NCBI GenBank assembly: GCA_013265495.1
Contig: MU061814.1
Span: 5,893,684-5,957,683, forward strand
DNA length: 64,000 nucleotides
Origin: Vicugna vicugna
Taxonomy: Eukaryota
Reading direction: 5' to 3'
Of the stretch, positions 31,416 to 44,248 are shown one piece after another. The translations under genes were made by a program, and so were the position numbers. The notes beneath the pieces were generated by a model that ran no database searches, was not told the origin of the DNA, and worked only from the letters and a program-made list of their open reading frames with translations. Each line of letters opens with the position of its first letter. Within the stretch, counting starts at the first letter, position 1.

Positions 31416-32468
31416 TTCACCGGAGACACGGGGCCCATGGCCAAGAGGACATTTCTTTTAACGAAAATTAAAGTCTTATCTTCTCCCCAAACGAAGCTGA
31501 AGTTCACTGCAGCCCCACCCAGGGTGACGCCCACCCGGGGTGGCCGAGGTCCCAGTAAGGGAGCCTGGCCAGGTCTTGTTTGGGTGGTCCTCCCTGCAGT
31601 TCGTCAGCGCTTCCCACCAACTTCCAGCGTCCAGCCCGTGTGGGTGACCTGGGGAGTCTGTCCTCGTCCTCTGTGGTCGTGTCACCCCCAGATCGGCCAG
31701 CAGCTCGCTCCCTCCCCGCACACACGTCCACTTCTGGAAGGCGATGTGGCCGTTGCGTCCATGGGTCCAGGAGGGACAGCCCTGGCTGTGCTGTGTGCCC
31801 CGGCTATGGCTGAGGAGGACTGTCAGTGGGAAGAGGCCCAGAACCACCCCCAGTACACTGATAACTAGCTTTCTGCCCCTCACCACGGACACTATGGTGG
31901 TCACCACGACAGACCTCTGAGAAGAGAAGGTGTGGCCAGGAAGACAGCCCCCCCCACTGACACGTGGCTGGTTGAGGGGCCCCCAGCTGTGCCAGGAAGG
32001 CCCAGCAACCCCCTCCCCGACTGTGGACAGTGCACTGCAGGGTTGGGGCGGTCTAGCCTGGGGCCCCCTCCGAGGCCTCTTCAGCCTCTGACGCACTCAT
32101 GGTGCTGTGTGCTGGCCAGGGGCTAAGCCATACTGTCACACGCTCTGCGGCATCACACGGCAGGACACAGACACGGCCTGAGGGGCAGATCCAGGTCCTC
32201 AGTACTGCAAAGAAACGCAGACCCAGCTGGGTGGCCCTGCCCTGGGAGCAGGCCCGAAGCTGCGAGGGGGCTGCGGAGCTCAGAGTAGAGCCCCATGTCC
32301 ACAAGGGGCTTGTCACCTGGTTCCCCTGCCTGAAGGACACAGGGGTGTGGGTCTGAGTTAGATGGGGCACTGATGGCCGAGAAAAGGCCCTGTCTTCCCT
32401 CCGGGGAGGCCTCCCTGCCTTGAGTTTGGGCTGAGGACCCTGCTCCAGTAAGAGACGCTAGCTTTTGG

Positions 32469-32474
32469 TTTATT
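32469..32474 (-). terminator. Relic HELZ2 polyadenylation signal
   Basis: tttatt on the + strand about 410 nt downstream of the ancestral stop at 32887-32889. Confidence 0.6.
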
Positions 32475-32886
32475 TGAAACTAGAGAATGACTCGAGCCCC
32501 ACAGACCACACCCAGTGTAGTCAGAGACGGTCCAAGAACAGCCCCGACGGGGTTCCCGTCCTGACCCCAAACCTTCCCAGTGACACTAGAACCACTCCAA
32601 CCCGAGATGCTCCCTGCCACCAAGTGCCCCAGTGCAGCAGCTCAGGAGGGTGGAGCGCAGACTCGTCCCCTTTCCTCCCAAGTCTGCACACAAGGCGAGG
32701 CTGGCCTGCTCCCAGCCTGGGTGGTAACTGTGCACGGCCACAGCTGGCCCCCCGCGACCCCTGCTCAGTCTGGCAGTGACCACTGAAGGCCCGTGGGTCC
32801 TGCTGAGAGGGGCCCGCCAAGGCGGTGGCAGAAGAGGGCTCTGGACTCTCCCGTGCTGTCCTGGAAGCCTGAGGGCAGTGAGGTCT

Positions 32887-35800
32887 TCAGGGAGAGTGTG
32901 ACTTCCCATAGACTTTCACCTCCGAGGCGGGGCCAGGCTCTGCTGGGCCTCACAGAGGTCCAGGAGTCAGGACCAGACCGGGCAGCAGCGCAGAAGGTGG
33001 TGGTCTCCTGCGAGGGGAAGCAGGAGTCAGAGGTAGCCCTGCCTGCAGGAGGAGCGGCCCCAGCCCTCCGTCCCTGACCAGCTCTCACCGATGACACAGA
33101 GCCCCTCCTGGGCCCGGGCGAGGGCCACGGTCACTTGGATGGGGTCCGCAATGATGCCCAGGGCGTTTTTCAGCCAGTTCTTAGTCGGTCGCGGGTCTAT
33201 GTCACTCTTGTCACAGGTGCGGACCATGCTCACTATAACATAGTGCCACTGGCTCCCTTGGAGGCGAGGCGAGTCTGGTGAGGCCCCTGCCACCCACCCA
33301 CCTGACCCCTCGCGCACAGGCCTCCCGCCTGGTGCCAGCCCCACCCTGACTCTTGGTGATGGAACACACGGTCACTCGTGGAACATCTTCCTGATGCTCA
33401 AGTCTCTTGCTGATCTCAGCCAGCTGGGCATTGTAGGGCGTGAGGATGGCAATGTTCTTGGGGCCCACTGTCCCCCTCAGAGGCAGCTCTCTGGCGATGC
33501 AGACCTGAGGGACCAGGGGTGCCGGTGAAGCCAGCCCTGATGTTTGTCCCACCCTGGGCTCCCTCAGCGACTCTGCCTCCTCCCCCAGGGAGCCCTCCCA
33601 AGCAAGGGGTACCAGGGAGGGCCCGGGGGAGGGCCGCCACCAATGCCATCTCCTCATCCTTTGCCTTGGAATCCTCACCCTCTTTGTCCGTAGACAGCAG
33701 CCGGCTCTTCTCTTTGCTCTGCAAGTGGCCAGAGATGACCGAGCAGCCCTTCTCATCAGCGTGGCCCAGGACACTGGGCGGCCTGCCCAGGCCCTGCCAG
33801 GTCTTCAGTTCCCTTTCGTAGAACTCCCCTGAGGGGAAGGCACAGATGCGCTCATGCTGGAAGGCAGGGACAGGAGTCAGGGCCAGGCTGGCCCTCGCCC
33901 ACCTTGGGCCCAAGAGCTCTGGGCACTCAGCATGTGGTACTGCACGTCCCACAGGCAGGCACCCCTGAAGTACCTCTGTCACAGATACCGGTCCAGCCCC
34001 AGCTTCTGCAGCAGCTCACTCTTGACCACAGGCCGCAGCTGCTTGTGGTCCCCGAGAAGGACCACCTGGGAGGACAGGCAGGCATGGTCCTGACCCCTCG
34101 GCCAGCAGCGCCCCACCCTGGAGCTGCCCACGTATTCCCTGCACCTCTGCACCCCCAGGGACACACGCCTGGGCTCTCAGCTCCTGCTTTACCCACCTTC
34201 TCAGCCTGGGAGAAGTTCACCAGGGGAATGAGGGTCTCTGGCTCCGAGGCCACACCCGCCTCATCCGCAAGGATCTGCCGGATGTCCAGGTCCCCAAGGC
34301 TGGCGGAGCCCGCATGCCAGCACGTGCACAGGACGGTGCAGTGCCGGTCAAGCTCGAATTTCTAAGCCTGCCCTAGGACTTTCCTGTACCTATGGGGACA
34401 CCATATGGTCGCCCAGGCTGCACCCCTGCACCCTAGGCCAGGAGGCAGCCCCATGGCTTCAGCTGCTTACCAGCTGAGGTCCTCCTTGGAGAAGATCTCC
34501 CCTTCCTGCAGCCGGGCACCGAGGCCCTGACGTCAGCCGCATGGGCGTTGGAAGACTGCCGGACCCGGTGATGCAGGGCGATGCTCCTGCGGCGGGTGGC
34601 AGTGAGAAGACCTGTGTGAAGCCGTGTTGGCTCCTGCCCGAGGCAGGGCCAGCTGGACAGCCCCCGCCCCTCGCCTCCACCCTGTATAGAACAACAGTGG
34701 AGAGGCTGCACCTGAGGGTCTGGCTGGGCCTCCCCACCTGAGGGGTCTTCTTAGGGGGCCCCTGCTGCCCACACCCGGCACTGGGCACTCAGTGGCCTCC
34801 TCCTGCTCCCTGTGCACGCGAAGGGGCTTCAGCTTTGCCCTCCTGCTCAGGAGAAGTGCTGGGGAAGCCAGGGTGTGAGTGACAGCTCCCGGACCCAGCT
34901 CCCCCGGGCAGAGCCCCTCCGGCTGCCCCGGTGCGCCTGCCAGCACGCCACCGACTGGTTGGAGGGGCTGCAGCACAAGATGGGGGCCCCCACAGCTGGC
35001 CACTGTGGGAGCCATAGGCTGGCACCTGCTCCTTGTTTGACGTGCAAAGCCAGTAGGCAGTGTGGACACCCAGCACCGTCTTCCCAGAGCCTGTGGGCAG
35101 AGCATGGGTTGAGCAGAGCCCCCACCTGCCTGCCTGGGCAGTCCCACAGCTCCCCCAAGGTGGGTCCCCCCTGGTGGGCCCCAGATGACCGTGAACTGCT
35201 TCTTCAGAGCCTCCCTAACGGCCTTGTTCTGGCTTGGGTTCAGCTTGTGATGGCCTCCAGGAATGTCGAAGGCTGGTCATCCAGGAAGCTGCTGGGGGTC
35301 CCTGAGGAAGGAGGCAGACCTCTGAGGACTGGCCGGGGCAGGGCCGGAGAGGTGAAGCTGAGGGCTCCCCATCCACCCACCTCTGTGGAGGGGCTGCTGG
35401 CTGGCCCTGGGCTATGCTGATGACCCACGGGGATGCACGCTTGAGCCAACGCACAGCTTCTTCTTGGCAGCTGGGGCAGGTGGGGGTGAAGATGGATACC
35501 AGACACCAGCAGGATCTTCCCGGGCAAGGAGCACTGCCCACGGGCCACCACCCCAGAAGGAGACGGGGGTTCCCAGCACACCCAGCCCACCCGCCAGCCT
35601 CTCCCCGGAAGCCACTCACAGGCCCCGGGCGGTGAAGCGGCCCCAGGCCTCAGCACCTCTTCCAGAACCACACCCATGGCCACGTGCTGAAGGAGGAAGG
35701 GCACCTGCTTAGGTGCGTCCCGCGGGTCGGCCCAGCCCTCCTTTGGGCTCCAGTCCTCCGCCAGCCCGGGTGTCACCCAGGTATGTGTGTCGGGGTCATT

Positions 35801-38800
35801 GTTTCGGACAGGGATGACGCAGCTGGCCGGGGGGCGTGGTGTGGCCAGCAGCCCTTCGAATCGGATGCACGGGTAGCAGTGGCCAAAGCTGATGTCAATG
35901 CCATGCTCCCGGAGGAAGGCGGGCTCCAGGCAGAAGGTGCCCTGCAGCTGCCCCTGGGGCGTCTGCTCCGCCCCACAGGGTATGGCCACATCCTGCAAAG
36001 TCACAGGATCGTTCTAAGCCTGGAGTCAGCGTGGGCAGCCGACTCCAGGCTTAGTCTTCCACGTCCTGGTGCCAGTCCCGACCCCCCTGGGGCACACAGG
36101 GCGAGAAGCCGTCCCCTGGCTGCTCCACGTGCTCCAGGCAAAGGCTGAGGTCAGGCGCCACAGACCACAGCTGCGGGACCGGCTCCAGGAGCCTACGCTA
36201 CAGGGCGGCACTGAGCTGGAGCTGTACGTGCAGTGTATCCCCACTACCAGCTCCCGGGCTGCCTCCACGAAGGGCCGCAGGCGCTCCACCTCGCCTGTCC
36301 CGGCTCCTGCTGCTGGGGCTCGAAGCTGGGCTCGCCCCACTGTCCACCCTCGGCTTCTTCATCAGCCTCAGCAGCTGCTGCCACTGGGTGGCGTCCACAG
36401 GCTGGACACATGGGTCAAGCGGGGTGCCGGGCAGTGGGGGGCACCGCCCACCGGCCTGCGTGGAGTAAGCGTGGTGCCGCCATAGGAGCTGCAGCTGCAG
36501 CCACTGGCCAGCCACAGGAGTGCCTGGCCGGCCGCAGGGGTGCGTAGCCGGCTGCAGGGGTGCTTGGGTGGCTGCAGGGAGCTGCAGTGCACGGGGTCGA
36601 GGTCCAGAAGGGTCTTGTGGCTGGCTGGGAAAAACAGCTTGAAGCAGGTGTCCTCCGCGGCCACCACAAAGCCCAGCTTGCTTTGCGGTTGGGTCTTGAG
36701 CCGGGTGGCCAGGTTCAGGCCGCGAGCCCAGCGCTGGAAGTTCTGGGCGCACCTGTACTGGCCACTGAAGTCCTGGCAGAGCTCGTCAATGTCTCCGGGC
36801 GTGCAGGGGGACCCTCCTTGGCCCAGTGCCAGCAGGATCTGCCGCTGCAGCACCACATCCAAGTACCTGCAAATGGGTGAGGTGGCCCAGGTGTACCTGT
36901 CCACCTGCAGCAGGTAGTGGCCATCCAGCTCCATGCCCTGGCGGCTGAAGACTGTGCGGCCTTGGGCCCTGCACAAGTCAAGGAGGGCAGGAGCCAGGCA
37001 AGGGTGCACATCGTCCGTGGCGATGAGATCCGCCAGTCAGATGAAGCCCTGGGCGTGGGCTGCAAGCTGGAGTTACCTCTAGACGGAGACCAGGACGTGG
37101 AGCTGCAGGTCTGGGGAGATGTAGGAGCTGAAGCTGCCCAGCCGGTGGTGGCAGAGGTGTGGGGACAATGGCACCCAGTCCTCCTGGTCCTGGCTCAGGG
37201 CTCGGAGCCAGCTGAAGCTGGGCTCGCGCTGCACCCGCAAGGGTGTGACCCCCTTTGTACCCTCACTGTCCACCAGGAATTTGGCCACCTGGCTGTTGAA
37301 CTGGACCATGTACTCCTCGACCATCCTGTGGGCCACGCGGAGGCCCAGCACGCTGTCCCCGTCAGCTGCTTGTAATGACCGTTGCCCCTGAGGCGGCGCT
37401 GGCGCAGCAGGCGGGAGAAGTAGCACGCGGCTGCCACGCAGGCGTGCACAGAGTCCAGGCAGGCTGGCAGCTTGAGGCCGGCGCCCCGGTGCCCCCGGTC
37501 ACCAGCTCCGCCTCTGTACGGGTCAGCTGGTGGTCAGAGCAGATCACAGCGGGTGCAGAGCACTCGCTCTTGAGCTGGCTGCTGCCCTTCTCGGTCGTCA
37601 GGAAGCGGGAGACGGCTAGGTGGTGCTGGCCTGGCAGGAGGCTGGCTGGCAGCATGGACCCTGCTCCTGGTCAGGGGCGTAGATGGTGGTCCCCCCCGCC
37701 TGCAGGCCTCCAGGCCCAGCGCCCTCATCCCTGGGCATGCAGCTGACCATGTCAGCGATGTGCGTGGCCACCTCATACATGGGGCCCCGGTCCTGGGCGC
37801 TGATGGCGCCGTCCAGGTTGCAGGTGAGCGGGGGTCCACGGCGAAGGCCAGGAAGCTGCTGCAGCCCTCCAGGCAGCTGGGCGCCCGGCTGAGCTCAGCG
37901 TGGTGCCTGTGCAGCGCCTCCGCGGACCGAGGCCGGGTGTGGGGAGGCTCCTTCAGCCTGCAGGCCAGGTCCAAGATTTGGAGACTGCTCCCAGGTGGTG
38001 GCCTCGGGCAGCACCTTTAGGACGCCCAGTGGGTAGTAGAAGTGCTCCCACCACAGAAGGACACACACCCAGAAGAGGCGGCAGTGCCGGGCCTCCACCG
38101 AGAGCGGCTCGTGCCCCACGCGCTGCACGCGGCCCTGCAGAAGGTGGTGGACAGGCACCTGCAGTGGGTCCTGCAGCCCAGCCACGAAGACCTTGGTGGC
38201 ACAGCCATTGACGGGGGTCATGACGCAGGGGTCCCACTCGTCCACATGGCACACGAACGCCAGCTGGCGATGCTCCCTCTGATGAATGCTCAGCACGCAG
38301 CCCTGAGGCCACCCGGCCCAGCTGAGGACCTGCACCAGCGCCTCGTCCCCAGGGAATGCCATCCCGCAGTGCAGGCGGCCCTTGAGCTGGTTGGGCCCAA
38401 ACTTCCCATCGTCCAGCGGACGCTCTCACCTCCCGGAGGCTCTCTCGCAGGAAGGCGCAGCGGCAGTGCTGCTGGGGCCACTTGTGGAGAAGTTTCTGCT
38501 GTTTGGCTTCCGGCAGGTTCACATACTGCCACGCCGGCTGGGGAGACAAGGGCCGGGCGAAGCTGTCCAGCAGCCCATCCTCCTGGACGGTCACTGTCAC
38601 GTCCCGGGGGTGGTCCAGGAGCTGCTGCGGGCGGGGCTCGTTGCTGCCGAGCTCCCTGTCAGAAGGCCAAAAGCCCACAGGGCCCTCGGGCTCCCTGATC
38701 TCTGGGGCTGACGGTCCTGCCACAGCGCCTCTGGGGACCATGCCCCTCCCACATGTGCTGTGGCCCACCCCCCACTACCCCCTCCTCTGGAACAGTGTCC

Positions 38801-41800
38801 TTGGCATCTGCTGCCACAAACCTTTCTGTTTCTTGGGCCGCAGGCTGCCAGCAGCTGGCCCAGCTCTGCTTCTGGATCTGCTCCAGCGACAGGCCCTCGG
38901 GGCAGACGGCGCCGTGCTCCACACACTCACGGAGGAAGCTCCCCCAGAGCTTGCTGCAAGCCTTCAGGGAGCAGAGGGCCACAGCGTCGCCCACGCCGCC
39001 ACCTGGGCCTGCGTGTGGGTCGTGACGGTGCTGAGCACGCGGGCGTCCGTGAAGCACCCTGGGGCCGGTGCCCCCGGCTCAGCAGGCTGCGGGTGGTGTG
39101 CAGCGCGCCCAGCACCACCACCCGGAAGTCCCGCCTGAGAGGGGGGCAGTTACAGGGTCAGGCTGGGCCAGAAGAGGGAGAGGAAGGGAGGGGGAGGGGA
39201 CAGGAGGGGAGGGGAGGGGCCCCGCTTCCCCCAGCACCGATCACCCACCTGGCAGATTCTCAAAGCTGCCCACAGACACCTGGCCCAGGTCCCTCTTCCT
39301 CAGCTCCTGCCTCAGCGCACTCACTGGAGACACACCACCAGGTCAGGTGAGGGGCCCCAATGAGGCATAGCGTCCCCTGCCAAGGACAGGACCCTGGCTC
39401 CCAGGTCCTGGGAGGTGAGTATCTGAATATCTCAGACCCTCGTATGGAAGGAAAGCAGACAGAGGAGGCCTACCAGGCCACAGGCGGAGGGAGGCTTCCC
39501 CGGGAAACGGGGCTTGGGGGAAGCTGCCCTGGGCAGCAGGGTCTCACCTGGGCCCTGTGGGACACAACGCGGTGCTCCTCTGCTCCCGGTGGCCCCAGCA
39601 CTGGGGCCAGGAGTTACAGACCTCCTGTACCTTCTCGACAACCTGAAGAACCTCGGCTGCATTCAGCCAAGACGTCGTGGAGACGTCGCACTGGAGCTGC
39701 CCACCACGCAGCAGAACTGGAGCGGGTACCACCGGGGTGGCCAGGGATCTTGCCGCTGGCCTGGATGGAGCGGCCGCTGGCTAGGGAGACGTGGTCGGAG
39801 ACAAAGCAGACAACGGTCTGGGTGGAGCAGTAATTCTTGTACAAAATAATGCAGCTCCTCTGGGCGACCTGGAGTGTTTGCTGCCAGTGGTGCTCGAAGA
39901 GGCGGTGCAGCAGCATGTCTGGCCCCCGGGCGCCCTACCACACTGAAGAGCCGGGGCGTGCCCTGCACGTGGTTGCCCGCCAGCACCACTCGGGTGCCGG
40001 GCGCAGCGTAACGCAGCGGGGTGAGCGTCTCCCACTCCAGCATCTGGGAGGCCTGGTCAATGAGGATGTGGGAAAAGAAGCCAATGGGCACCCCGAGCTC
40101 GTGTGTCTGGGAGGTGCTGGCCAACACAATGTGGTGCCGCTCCATGTCGGCAGGCGAAAGGCCTGGTGGTCCTCGGTCAGGCAGCAGTACCTCAGCGTGG
40201 CCGCGTCCGTCAGGCTGGGCGGGCAGTCCGTGTGCACCACCCAGAGGGGAGCGGCCTCAGGGTGACTGCTGCTGACGTAGGGGCGGAAATACTCCACAGT
40301 GTAGGTGTCAGCCGCCCTGTGGTGGAGAAGGGCACAGCGCCTGTCTGCTAAAGTGCCTCCCGTGCGCCCCCCCTGCCCAGACAACAGGCAGTCCGACCCT
40401 GCAGCAGAGGGGACAGACAGAGAAGCAGGAGGTCAGTGCCCGATGAGAACCAGACAGCAGCAGAGCCCTGGGGAGGGCGCAGCATGGGCCGGGCCACCAG
40501 GGCGGCCCGAGACTGGGTTGACCCTGAGCAGCCAGGGAGCAGCAAGACCTGGCACCACCTCTCCGAAGGAGACAGGACCACCAGCTAGGGCCTCTGCCTG
40601 ACACGGGCCCCTGGAGCCCCAGTCCTGTAACCAGTCAGCCCTGGCAGAGATGGGGAGCCCCGTGCTGGAGCAGCTGTCCATCTGGGGGGAACTATGACAG
40701 GATTTTCAGAACACCCAAGTCTCGCCCCAGGAAATGCTGGGGTGGGGGTCAAGCCACAACCCTACCCACCACTCTGCCTGGCCCATGTTCCTCTGTGGAC
40801 AGGAGACCATGCACCGGGCTTGAAGCACAGGCGTCCCCTGTCCTCAGCCCTGTACTGACTGTCAGGGAGACTCTCAAGTGGCTGGGACTGGCCCCAGGGG
40901 CTTCACTGCCACCAGCCCAGCCCCCACCCTCTCCTGGAACTAGCCGCTGAGATCTCCAGTGAACCTGGGAACCAGCCCGAACCCCAGACCCCCAGGTCCC
41001 TCCTCTTCTCCTGGGGCGAGGCCGGGGAGCGGGTAGAGCAGCCCAGCGGCCCCAGCTCACCTGTTGGTTCGCGTACAGAGGAGCACCTTACGAGGGGCTG
41101 GCAGGCGACCTCCAGGGAGGCCATGGCCAGCGTGTAGGTCTTGCCCGTGCCAGAGGGGCCACAGACGAGCAGAGGGGCAACAGGCTGCCCCTACCCCAGG
41201 GCTGGTCCCTGTGATGACCGCCACAGCCTGCTTCTGCCTGCGGTTGCCCTGCAGTGTGGGTGAGACAGGCCCAGGGCAGGGCAGGGTGCAGGCTGACAGG
41301 TCAGGAACCACCAGGCCCTCCTCTGGCAGTGCGTCCACTGCCCGGTGCCAGAGGTGGAAGGGCAGCAGATCAATCTGGAACTGCACTTCCAAGATGGGGC
41401 GCCCAGGCTTGGGCTGTAGCCCCAGGGCCGCGCAACAGTGGGCAGGCAGCAGCAGCCACAGCACCTGCCCCGAGTTGGGCCGCGTCTCCACCCGCACCCC
41501 GCACACCCTGGGATCAGGCCCAGGCACGGGGGCCACGAGCGCCTTCTCAGCAGAAAGCCCTCGTCCACGTCAGGCATCGAGGAGGGGATGGGGGTCTCAG
41601 TGTACAGGGCTCCCCGTGGCGGCAAGAGTGCGTCCAGGACTGACGTCTCCTGTGCTGTCCGACAGTTCAGCCTAGGGGGAGAACATGGGTCGGCTGACCA
41701 GGCCCGCGGTGCTGCAGCGGGCACCAGGCAGCCCCTGCCCCCGCCGGCCCCACTCACTTGGCCACCGGGTGTCGCTGAGCAGCCTCCTCCTCACACAGAG

Positions 41801-44248
41801 CCCAGTGCAGCTGCTGCCGGGGCCGGTGGGAAAGATGGGGCCCTGGTCAGGGGACTCCAGGGCTGGAGCAGGCCCCGTGGACTTGGCCACCTGGGCACCG
41901 CCATCCCCTCCAAGCCAGGCACCACGTGGCGGTTGCCTGTGTTCCAGCGGTCCGGCTCCTCAGGGAGGTGGCCAGGTGGGCGGCGCCCAGGGCCCCGGAA
42001 GTGCTCCCAGCCCGCCTGCAACTCCAGCTTCCTAAGCAGCACCGGCCGGCAGCCAAAATCAAAGACCACCCATTGCTCGAAGGTGCCTGGGGAAGCGCTC
42101 TGCCCGAGCACCCCACCCGGAACATGGCCAGACAGCCGGGCACGCAGAAGTGCTCTCTCTGGGCAAAGACCCGGCCTGTTGAGAGGCTGGGGGCCACCGT
42201 GAGAAGTCTGCTCCGAGGTCTTGCTTGAGCAGGGCTACACATCGCAGGGGCTCTTGGGGCAGAAGATGGATGGTGAGGTGGCCCCTGGAATCCACCCTGC
42301 CCATCAAGGTCCAGGCTGCAGCACTGACCCCTCCCTTCCCTCCTGGCTGTGACCCCAGCAGGGCCCTTGGCCTCTTTGAACCATGAGGCTTCCTCTGCAA
42401 GATGGGGTCACTGAGCCAGCCTGGATAGCCATTGTGGCCCAGGTGATGGGGGCAGTGTGGGGCGCTCAGTGGGGACCAGCCCAGCACTCCCTCTCTGCAC
42501 CAACCCCAGCGGGAGACACAGGCTTGCTTCAGATCCCAGACTCAGGAGAGGCTGCCCAGGGCAGAGCTCCGGACCCCAGACCCCAGCTGCCCCCTGACTG
42601 TGCAGCTGCTCACCTCAGAATAGATGTTGAAGGTCCAGGCGTGCGCCGCCTGCCGTTCCCAAGTCCACCGCACCAGGGGCCGCTTGCAGCCGACAGATAC
42701 ATGGTCAAGGGTCTCGGCCAACTGCCCAGGAAGCCAGGGGTCAGCAGGGCAACCCTGGGTCAGCTCTGCCCCCATTCTCACAGCCCCCACTTACCACCAG
42801 TACCTCACCGGCACTGTCCTGGCACTCAGCCAGCAGCTTCTCGCAGTGAGACCCCAGCCCATCCTGCCAGGCCGCTGACCACCTCAGCTTCACGGTCCAG
42901 AATTCTGGGTCCACTCCTGCAGCTCTTGCTTTGCACCTTGTTTCAGAAGTCCCCGAACTCACAGAGGCTGGGCCTGGCGGGAGCGGGGGTGATCAGCAGG
43001 CCACACGGGGGTGAGGGCCCTCAGCCCAACACTGACCCATCCATGTTGGGGAGCAAAGCTGATACCAGGCAGAGGGCAGGGAGCACCCCCATCCCACCCA
43101 CTGCTGCACACCCAGAACCCGGCAGGAGTGGCCTCCGTGGACCCCCCTTCTCCACCCCTCAGAGGCCACACAGAAGACAGGGAATCCTGGTTCCAGCTGA
43201 AGGGGGTTCATCCCCCATCCCCAAACCCCGCTTTCCTGTCCTTACCGCAGGCAGAGCTCCAGAGGGGCGAGCCCAGTAGGCAGGCTGTGGTGCTTCAAGG
43301 GCACGACTAGTTTCGATTCCAGTATCTGTGCATGCTCCAAGGAGGAGCAGTGGTTCTCGGAGGCCTCCTGGGAGTGGCAGGTGACAGGCAGGCATGGCAG
43401 TCCAGCTGGACTCTGGGGCGCTGCCCATAGGGGGCTGTGTGCCCATCCCCACTGAGGGCAAGGGCCGTGAGCAGGCCCTTCCGACCGAGCTGGGCCTCCC
43501 ACACAGGCACCTCCACAGTGTTGTGATCACAGCGGCGGCGGGACATGCCGTGCCGGCACCAACACCCTCGCTACACGCATTCGCAGTAGGCCAGGGGCTG
43601 GTGGCCCCAGACACCTACCTGCACCACCAGGACTTGTTTTCGACAGCCCCCCGTGCTCACATGAGCCAGGAGAGTGGGGCAGTTCCCATGATCGGGGCAC
43701 CAGCCTTGGGGCTCCACTGGACAGATGCGCGGGGGGCGGCGCTGGAAGCAGGGAGAGCGGAGTGTCTGGAAGGGGCCACCAAACTCCGCGAGGATGGCAT
43801 CAGCCGGGGCCAGCGGCTTCCCCTGGGCCGCGCCGCTCTGCGCCCCCACCTTCACCCACAGGTGGCCGACGTTGTGCTCGAGCTCAAAGGGCCAGACTAG
43901 CGCCCCCTCGGGGCTCCTGGCGAAGGTGCACCGGTTGCCGTGGCGCCTGCAGCCAAGCCCCGGGCTGTAGTAGCGGCAGACCTCACCGTGCACAGGCTGC
44001 GGGAAGCTGGGCGGGCAGTCCACCTTGCGCTAGACACTGCTCTCGGAGGCTCTCTTCAGGCGGGCCAGCAGGATGTCCCAGGCACAGCTGTGCTCCACCC
44101 TGCTCTGCAGACAGGTGCTCTCACTGAGATGTGGGGTGCAGCAGGAGCAGGCCAGACACAGGTCCACCAGGGCGCACAGGCTGGCCAGGGACGGCTCCTG
44201 GGTGGCCTTGGGGCTGGTGGGCTGTGTGCCGGACCCTGGCAACTCCAT
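32887..44248 (-). pseudogene. HELZ2: Unitary HELZ2 (helicase with zinc finger 2 / PRIC285) pseudogene, intron-containing, at the syntenic locus
   Basis: HELZ2 peptides are recognisable across shifting frames: SLASLCALVDLCL, EVCRYYSPGLGCRRHGNRCTFARS, TFEQWVVFDFG, GPSGTGKT, HILIDQASQ, MAFPGDEALVQ, TSPICRYLDVVLQRQILLALG, WGPPG/SGKT, DEAG, TPYNAQ, ARAQEGLCVIG. In-frame stops at 44030, 43571, 42943, 36014, 34362, 33979 and 32967, plus many frameshifts and broken splice sites. Confidence 0.95.

Noticed and set aside
30417-31868. Long Pro-rich or Trp/Gly-rich ORFs of 200-420 aa
   Set aside because: Artefacts of translating through the minisatellite and the N gap.
36368-37009. 213-aa residual HELZ2 ORF (RNB C-terminal part), and similar 150-250 aa pieces, as possible functional mini-proteins
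   Set aside because: They are intervals between frameshifts, carry catalytic substitutions, drift into out-of-frame sequence, and have no evident promoter or start context.
32887-44248. HELZ2 lesions as sequencing or assembly errors
   Set aside because: The other genes in the window have no frameshifts or premature stops, and the lesions include substitutions to stops and splice-site changes, not just homopolymer indels.
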